Shown: piece after piece, positions 52,300-62,400 of the stretch
Position numbering within the stretch: position 1 is the stretch's first letter
Layout of the letters: each line of letters starts with the position of its first letter
Source: Eledone cirrhosa
Lineage: Eukaryota
NCBI GenBank assembly: GCA_964016885.1
Contig: OZ024746.1
Span: forward strand, 63,488,001-63,552,000
Reading direction: 5' to 3'
DNA length: 64,000 nt
Position numbers and translations under genes: made by a program
Notes under the pieces: model-generated
Told to the model about the DNA's origin: nothing
The model's database searches: none
What the model saw: only the letters and a program-made list of their open reading frames with translations

Positions 52300-55200
52300 T
52301 CAAAATTATTTACCATATCTTATTTACACTATTTGAAGAAAAACATAATTATCCTTACCTTCATCAAGGAAGTCCAAAACATATTCAAATGGGCTCCATT
52401 TTCAATAGCTAGATGAAGGAAATTCCGATAGTTTTTGTCTTTTGCTGATAAAGATGCACCTCTTTTAATTAAAATCTGAACCGTTTCCCAGTGTCCTTTA
52501 CTTACAGCTAAGAGAAGAGGAGTTCGACCATGAGAGTCAACAGAATTAATTTCAGCACCCTTCAACGAAAGAAAGAAAATCATTTGATATACATTTATAA
52601 ACCCACAGTTTCATCTTGACTTTTTAACATATACACACATTATTACGGTATATATATATTTAAGAAGGAGACATTGAAGTTTCAAGTTAACCCTTTAGCA
52701 TTTACATTACTCTATATATACTATTGTATTTTCATAGCCAGCTTCAGCTCAGGGATTGATGTTCCTTAGATGTGTCCTATAGTAATATAGTATAACTCAC
52801 TAACTGGCTTATATGAAAAAGTTGACATAAGAATGGTGATGATGGTGGCAGGGCCGTCTTAACAGCATTATAGGCCCCGGGGAAAAGCAGAGCACTGGGG
52901 CCCCCTACCTACACAACCACTCACGGGAATAAAAATACAAATGGGCCCCCTATCCTCGTGGGGCCCCCGGGCAACTGCCCAGCGTGCCCATGCGTTAAGA
53001 CGGCCCTGGATGGTGGTAGTGATGTTGGTGGTGATGATGATGACAATGGTGGTTGTGATGGTGGTGGTGGTGATGGTAAGGATACTGACAGGTGCACATG
53101 TACACACACACACACAGATAAATAGACATACATATACATCATATAGATATATATGAAAATATATGAGAGTTTTATGTATCAGTAGCAGTGAGTATGCCAG
53201 TCAAGAATTTCTGAACTGTTATCCATCATCAGTGAAATTTACTCACTCACTACTGAGATAAAACAGGATAAAGTTTATGTTTTTGCATATGACACATGGG
53301 CTGAAGATATTCATTTGCATATAGTGAGAACTTGACTGGTGACAGGGCGATAATTAGATGTGGCACTAACATAGCTTGGTTCATAAGAGTGTATATGAAA
53401 GCATATACAATATGTTTATGTATAATACATGCACAAAAGTAAATGTGCATCTCCAACTGACGTTTCATATTCAAATACCACCAGCATTACCCTATTCTAT
53501 CTCAATAGGGAGTGAGTAAATGTCATTGTTGATGGATAAAAATCCAGAAAATATTTATCTGTCAGCCTCAGTGCTACTGAGATAGCTGTGACATGATCAC
53601 AGTTTATAAAAAAAAGTGATAGCAAGTCTCTCATATGTTTATTATACATAAAGATATGTATATGCTTTTATATATACACCCTTAACCCTTTAGCATTTAC
53701 ATTACTCTATATATACTTTCATGGTAAAGGCTTTACCTCACATAAGTATCTCACATAATATTGTAATCTATGAGATTTTGATATTATTTATTTTTAGATC
53801 AATATCTTAACATCAGTATGAGTGGCTGGTTATAGAAAGAGTTTAGAGAATTCTGGCCAGATATGGCCGGTTTAAATGCTAAAGGTTAAAATGAACCTCG
53901 CTAAATATATATAGATAGTCTGTTTGTTTGTACAGAAAGGCGTGCAATGCAAGTGGGTTAGATTACCAGGGTAATAACCAGATGGGAATTGAGAGAGAAA
54001 GCAAAATATTCCCCAAATCTCTCATATAGGTAGATATTAAGATACCTGGTCAAGCAGAAATTGTGCAGTAGCCCCTTGATTCAATTGTGCAGCTCTATGC
54101 AGTGGTGTCATCTGATGAAGATCTGCCATAGCTATGGCAGAGGAGAACTTCTCTGGTTGATATTTGTTCATGTATTCCAGAATTTCTACTTTACCTTGAG
54201 ATGAAGCACAATGAACTGGAGTAGAGAGATCTTCCTGAAATATAGAATTAGCTTTATGTAAATGGAGATGGGGTGGTGCTGGTAATGGTGGTTGTGGTGA
54301 TATTAATGATGATGGTGATAGTAGTGATGATGGTGTTGATGGTGATGATGATGATGGTGGTGGTGGTGGTGGTGGTGGTGGTGGTGATAATGGCAGTGAT
54401 TGTGTTGGTATTGATGATGACAATGACAATAATCAAGATGATGGTGATGGTGGTGATGAAGATGGGGATGATGATGATGATGGAGGTGATGATGATGACA
54501 ATAATGATGATGCTGAGGATAATGATGGTGGAGGTGGTGATGATAATGATGGTAATGATTACAATGACAATAAGGATGATGGTGTTGATGGTGATCATGG
54601 TGATCATGATGATGGTGTTGGCGATGATGTTGGTGTAATGTCTTGAAATGTTTCTCATTTCTTATGTTATTTATTTACCTCTAAATCATCAATTGGACAG
54701 CCAGCTTGTAAGAATTTCAACACTCTCTGAAATGAAAGCAATATAACAAATATATCTTTTTTTCGCTCTCAGAGTTTCTGAAGCATGGAACTTGCGTCAG
54801 TTGTTAGCTGTCGGGACACTGCATCCTTCAAAACTTCCATGCTTCCCGAAATTTGCCAACACTACACCAGATATTCTCCCTCCATTCAGACACATGCATG
54901 TATTTGTGTGTATATCATGACTCATACACTTCACTTTCCTGACATTTGTACATTATTCTATGGCAGTATCGGTAGAGGGTCGGACGCCATGCTTTCCAGC
55001 ATAGTTACGTCCCTTTACGATCTGAGTTCAAATCCCGCCGAGGTTGACTTTGCCTTTCATCCTTATGGGGTGGATAAAATAAAGTACCAGTAATGAACTG
55101 GGTAATTGCTGGCCTTGTGCCTAAAGTAGAAACAATTATTCTATGTACTATACATGCACCTTTGATGAGTTATACACAATAATTATATATACACAATAAG

Positions 55201-56418
55201 TATACATACACAATTATATATACACAATAATTATATATACACAATAATTTTCATTATTATTATTATTATCATTATTTCAAATCCTGCCGAGGTTAACTTT
55301 GCCTTTCATCCTTACAGGGTCGATAAAATAAAGTACCAGTAATGCACTGGGGTAATTGCTGGCCTTGTGCCAAAAAGTAGAAACAATTATTATTATTATC
55401 ATTTAATGGCGATGAATTGGCAGTATCGGTAGAGGGTCGGACGCCATGCTTTGATGCATAGAGTTATGGCCCTTGCCATTCAGAGTTCAAATCCCGCCGA
55501 GGTTAACTTTGCCTTTCATCCTTACGGGGTCAATAAAATAAAGTACCAGTAATGCACTGGGGTAATTGCTGGCCTTGTGCCAAAAAGTAGAAACAATTAT
55601 TATTATTATCATTTAATGGCGATGAATTGGCAGTATCGGTAGAGGGTCGGACGCCATGCTTTGACGCATAGAGTTATGGCCCTTGCCATTCTGAGTTCAA
55701 ATCCCGTCGAGGTTATCTTTGCCTTTCATCCTTACGAGGTCGATAAAATAAAGTACCAGTAATGCACTGGGGTAATTGCTGGCCTTGTGCCAATAGTAGA
55801 AACAATTATTATCATTCTTCTACTAGTTCCAGCCACATGACTATACAAGGCCACCACAGTTCAATGGTTCCATTGATTATATCAATTACACTAAATTATC
55901 TGGAACTTGCATTAATCATCACCATCATCATCATCACCACTAGCCCATAATTCATGATGGAGTCACAGAGGTGTTGTCATGATATATGTGTCCTGGGCAT
56001 TTTAAACCTGGTGGAACCTATCCCTCTCCAGGTTCTTTTAACATAGACAATTTCTTCCAGAGAAAAGGTAGAGAGAGAGAGAGAGGAAGTGAGAAAGAGA
56101 TATAGATTAAGAGTCGATCCCAGTACATGACAGGTACCTTATTTAACAAGCTCAAAAGAATGAAAGGCAAAGTTGACCTCAGCATGATTTGAACTTTGAG
56201 CATAGAAAGCAAAAATGAATAATGTTAAGCAATCTATTTAATGTTCTGATGTCTCTGCCAATTTGTCAATGTTGCAGAAATTTGTACTTTAGAATCAAAG
56301 AGCGATCACCACAAGGCATTTTGTTAGCCACTCTACTGAGTCTACCATCGACACACTCGTGTGTGTGTCTCTCTCTCTCTATATATATATATGCATATAT
56401 ATATATATACATATGTGT

Positions 56419-56455
<37 letters not shown>

Positions 56456-59400
56456 CAATTGCACCTCTCAAAGACAATGACACACGACCATGACTTCTGG
56501 CGTCACACAGTAATACAGAGTACCCGACCTCCCATGGGTACAAGCTGAAGCATATAGACAATATGCCCCCACACACCCCCACCGCAAGGTGGTCGTGGAG
56601 GTGCCACGGCAAAAAAGCACCCAGCCCACACTGTAAAGTGGACGTGTAGGCGCCACGAAAAAGCACCCAGCACTCACTGTAAATGAGGTTGGTGTTAGGA
56701 AGGGCATCCAGCTGTAGAAATCAAGCCAAATCAGTTCCTGTATGAGCAAGGCATGGTCAGCCGACCAGACACTGCCCACAACAGGACAACCCGTCTAACC
56801 CATGCTAGCATGGAAGAACGGACGTAAAACGGTGATGATGATGATGATGATGATATATATAATGAAGGAATTGTGGTAAGGAACCAGATGGACCATAACG
56901 CACCAGAGTACTCAATACTTAGGGTAGTAGAGTGGGTAATAGGAAAAAGTATGACCCCGACGGCAGAGCTCAAGCCGTTTCGAAACGGCTTGAGCTCTGC
57001 CGTCGGGGTCATACTTTTTCCTATATATATATCTATATATATGCAAATATATATATATATATTAAATAAGAGAAAACAAAGTTTCAATTTAACATATTTT
57101 TATTCTTCATCAAATGTGACACTGATGCTATGTGGAGAACAGGCTCTCAATCGGAATCACCCTATTGACATAGTAGCATTGAGTACTCCTACTAGTGCCA
57201 TCTACAGTAATTAACAAACATTACTCACTAACTGACATTTTATATATATATATATATATATATCGTGGAGGCACGTGGCCTAGTGGTAAGGGTATTGGAC
57301 TTATGATCGTAATGTCGTGGGTTCGATTCCTGGGTTGCGTGTTGTGATCTTGAGCAAAACACTTCACATTACATTGCTCCAGTATACTCAGCTGAAAATG
57401 AGTACCAACAATAGCTGGGGGTTTAAACCTGCGATGGACTGGCATCCTGTCCAGAGGGGAATCTTGTACTCGCTTCATGCCATGAAACCGGCATAAACAC
57501 CGGCCAAATGAGCCTTCTTGCCAGAATGGGATTTACGTATAAGCTAAACAAGCTATAGCTTAGGGCCCCACACAAAAAAACAGCAACAATTTGTCGCTGA
57601 AATAGGACATCTGGACATATAAAGGGCCCCATTATCTCAAAAAGCTTGAAGAGCGGTGAATTGGCAGTATCGGTAGAGGGTTGGACGCCATGCTTTCTAG
57701 CATAGTTACGTCCCTTTACAGTCTGAGTTCAAATCCCGCCAAGGTTAACTTTGCCTTTCATCCTTACGGGGTGGATAAAATAAAGTACCAGTAGTGTACT
57801 GGGTAATTGCTGGCCTTGTGCCTAAAGTAGAAACAATTATCTCAAATAGCTTAGGGCCTCATCAAATCTAAATCCGGCCCTGCTTCTTGCTTAAGACAGA
57901 CTTTAGACTTTATATATATATATATATATGTAGAAAATGAGGAAAATCCTTGATACATTAAGATATATTAGAAAAAAGAAAAGAATGGCTCCACTTGTGG
58001 CTGGAATGTTTTACTAATTCAGTGTTTTAGAAAGCATTGGATTATTAAAACATACCAACCACCAATGAAGTCATTCTTTTCTTTCTATTTCATCTTTTAT
58101 TCCTCATTCTATCTTCTGATGAAAAACTAGAGTCCGAAATGTTAAGACTCTTTTCCTACTATGTCAAGCGTTAAACTAATATATTTTCTCATTGTAATGT
58201 TTCGTTTGCTTTGTTATTTCTGTTTACTTTTTGCATACAGACACACACACATATATATATGCATGCACAAACATACATACATGTACACGTGTGCAGCCCC
58301 TTTCCCATATACATATATAGATATGTTTGTTGCATTTATTTAATTACAAATTCTGATTGGAGTAAAATGTGAAATCTGAAGTAGTGACAAATTGGTAGAA
58401 TCACATTGAATGAAATATTGGTAGAATATTGAATGAAATGTCTTGTAATATTTATTCCAGCTCATTGTGCTCTAAGTTCAAATTCTGCTGAGTTCAACTT
58501 TCCTTTTTATGATGTTGGAGGGGTGAAGTTATTAGCTCATTGGATATTTCTTACAACTTGTTCTGATTCTTTGTGTTGTGAGTTCAAATCCTGTTCTGGC
58601 TTAATTGGGTGGTAGACATAACCAACCACTCAGTTTAACTCGCCTGAAATGGGGTTCCTCTGAAGGGTCTGTAGAATAATGTTACTCGATAGAGTGCATA
58701 GTTTGGAAATCAGGGAGTCACTCTAGATAGAGCCACTACCTCTTCACAGTGAGAGATCACAGCTCCGATACTATGCTTATGTGGTTAAAATGTCTATGGA
58801 AAGAATTGCTGGACAGATTTTATGGGTAAAGTAACCGAGAGGAAACCCAGAGGTAGCCCATGAGCAAGATGGTCGGATAACATCCATGAGCTCAGCTGGT
58901 CTTGCTTAAGGATCTATCCATATCAACTGGAGATGGTTGCTTCTGACAGGACCCTCTGGGAGGTGTATCTGAGGACTCTACTCCCTTGACTCTCTCAGGA
59001 ATAAACAGGTGAAGAAAAAGAGAAGATGCCTCTAGCAGAGTCCACTCTGTTGTAAACATTCAAGTCAGGTGTAAATCATTCCTTTGCAAATTAGTATTTT
59101 CTAATTTTAAAAAAAATTAATTATTTAGGCAGTGGATTGGCAGAGTTGTTAAAACATTGGACAAATGCTTTGAATTATTTGTTTCTGCTTTTTACTTTCT
59201 AAGTTCAAATCTAGCTGGAGTCAACTTTGCCTTTCATCCTTCTGTTTTATTTTTGCTTTAACTGTTTGTAAATAGTAATTCAAAGACAGTGAATTCACAG
59301 AGTCATTAGAGCATCAGGTAGAATGCTTTGCAGTATTCATTCTGGTTCTCTACATTCTGAGTTCAAATCCTGCCATAGTCAATTTTGTCTTTCATTCTTT

Positions 59401-62400
59401 TGAGGTTGATAAATAAAGTACTTGTCCAGTACTGGAGTCAATCCTTCCTCTATATCTCTTTCTCAATTCCTCTTTATCACACTCCTTCGTTGGAAGAAAT
59501 CTGCAATGTTCAGACTTACAGAGTAGATGGGTTCTGTGAGGTTTAAAATGCCCAGAAATGCCATATGTCACTATAGCATCCCTATGACTCCATCAGGAGT
59601 TATAGGTTCAGAGAAAGAAATAGTAATTCATTGTAATTTTGTAGTTGAAATAAATTAACTGAAAAACAAAAAGAATTGAATTGTTGGTTGCTTTGGTTTT
59701 GGACAAATAAATGAGAGTGTTAAAGCCGAAGCTTGAAACATTAATTAAATTGTTTATTTATCACATCTTTGCCAATAAATTAAACCTAATTAGTGAACTC
59801 TCATTACTTACCTTTTGGTCACTGTTACAAATAGCAATCCGTAGATTTACATTAGTCTCACTATCCACAATATTTTTTATGTCACAAGTTGTATATAATC
59901 CAATTGGAGCTGCAAAGAGATAAAACAACGTTCTAAGAGTCACTAGGTTTAATTATTTAAATTTATGCAACTTTAAACTAAGACAGCACTGAAGGCCAAG
60001 TGGATAGGGCATTGGACAACCAGCTGGGAGGTTGGCAGTTCATTCATATCCTATCAATGTTCACTGTCTTGTATCCAAGACTAAAACAATTATCTGTTAA
60101 ATATCCAGTCCACCAAGCTAAAATAATTACATCAGGCTGGAAACAATTTGTCTCTCTGAGAACTGCAAGTACAATTAACAAGTATAAAATTACCAAATAA
60201 TTAGCCTGAGATACATTCTACACGAAGACAAAGTTTTCAATAGTATTCCAACAACTCAATGGATTATGGTGGAAGCCTAACTTAATACCAAGACATATAT
60301 GAAAGTGTGGTGGCTGTTAAAAGTAAACTTTATATGAAGAAAAAGCATTTTTGTTATCATATAACAAATATATAAGATTAAATAGAAATACATATAATCA
60401 ATCAATTCTTGCTAGGAACCTTATAAATATAATATACAAAAATATATAACGAAAGCAAAAAAAAAAATAAAACATCAATTCAACACTAAGTTCTTCAGTC
60501 AGTCATAGGAAATATTTGAGGCAAGCCAACACACTTGCAGTATTACCACTATTAGTTATGTAATCAGAGAGGAATAATGAATGCATTTAGATGAATGCAC
60601 CATCAACTTTCTATTTCAATGTTTACCTAAATATATAAAAACAATGGTTGCTTCTGCCATGAACCACTGGAAGGAGTGTTCAAGGCCTCTGCCCCTGCAA
60701 CCGTCTCAGGAATAAGTGGGTGAAGAAGAAGAAGAAGATATATAAAAAGTAGTTAAAGATTCAGTATTTATGATGGGTTTCTTGTTTTGATTCTCAAGTA
60801 AAAGATGAGGAGATATCCAAGACAGTAGAACTTTAGACTGGATATTAATTATTGGGTTTTATGTGGTATTGTACCATCATTATGTCTTTCTATGTTGATA
60901 AATAATATCTGGGGGTCCTTGATCCTTACAAGAATACTGAAATCATTTGGTCTTAAAACATCTGTATTATATATCCATTAAAAATGGCAGTGTTTGACAG
61001 AATTGTTAGAGCATTGGATGAATTTTTTAGCAGAATTTAATCTAGTTCTTTATGCTCTGAATTCAAATTCTACCATGGTCAACTCTGCCATTCATCCTCC
61101 CAGGGCTGATAATATAAAGTACCAGTAAAATATTGGGATCGATATAATCGACTTTCCCCACCTAACAAATTGCTGGTTTTGTACCTAAATCAAAAATTGT
61201 TAAATATCCAATAAATCAGATAATTTGTTTAATTTTAATCATAGAATGCTTACTGACTAAAATATCTAATATTTTAATTGAGCATAAAAACAATTAAAGT
61301 AAATTAATCAACACCAGCCTATTCATTCAAGCAATGGAAGCAGGGAGAACATTTATGGAAAAAAAATTAAACTTAATCAGGGAAAAAATAAATAAAAATA
61401 AATAAATAAACAAAACTCTTTACCGTTCTTTTTTAAATATTCTAAAGTATTAATGGCTGATTGTTGAGCAGCTAATTGTACTGGGGTGACATCACTATCG
61501 TTAGGAAGAGAGAAATCTGCTCCACTTTGAATCTGAAAAAGAAAGACATTTTTATGAGAATTACAAAACAGCATTACAAATATTTAGTTTTTAAAACAGT
61601 TTATATCAGTTTTTACATGATCACAGAAAGGTACAAAGCAGTATTACAAGTATTTAGTTTTTAAAACAGTTCATATCAGTTTTTACATGCTATTACAGTG
61701 AGGTACAAAACAGCATTACAAATATTTAGTTTTTAAAACAGTTCATATAAGTTTTTTTACATGCTGTCACAGTGAGGTAGAAAACAGTATTACAAAAAAG
61801 CCATTCAAATAGCTTGTAAGAGGTACAGAGGAAAGAGATTGGCCAAAAGTTTGCAGGATCATCTGCAGGTTTTCCAGGTTTCAATATGACATTGACCTTG
61901 GCTTCTCTGCAGATCTTTGGGATAACTCTAGTTGAGTGGATGACTGTGAAGAGAGAAGCCAGCCAGTCTCAGGCATTTGGACAAAGGTTCTTATGGAATT
62001 CAGGATAGATGCTATCAAATCCTGCTGCCTTGCCTGCTTTGGTGGATGAAAGGCCAGTAACCATCTCACTTATGTGCAAGGTCTAGCAAGTGGGGTACTC
62101 TTTGGTGAAGATGAGTAGGTTGCTGAGAGATTCTTACAGACTTCTTGACATGTCTCCTTGGTTGAAGGTGCTTTGGAGTTGAGAAGTAGGTGTGATGCAA
62201 CTGCATTAGCAGTTACTTCTGGTGGCTGGTGTTGAATGAGAGATGCTGCACCAAGTCGCCAAAGGAGATTCCATGCTTTCCTAACTGAGTGACAACTCTT
62301 CCACTATTTAGCTCTCGACATATCTTATGCATTGATCTGTAGGATACATAGAGTTTTCCCGATGTGTCTGGAAGGTTGGCCTTTAGAAGGGCCGTGGCGG

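Noticed and set aside
54254-54658. Poly-Met/Val and poly-Ile ORFs
   Set aside because: Translations of a GAT/GGT microsatellite inside an intron.
57120-57210. Possible extra TRPA1 exon after ttactgtag on -
   Set aside because: In-frame TGA and no similarity. The 48-nt exon at 54679-54726 already completes the alignment.
57264-57335. tRNA gene candidates (also 8185, 28902, 63825)
   Set aside because: A and B boxes are present but there is no complete acceptor stem; each continues into a SINE body.
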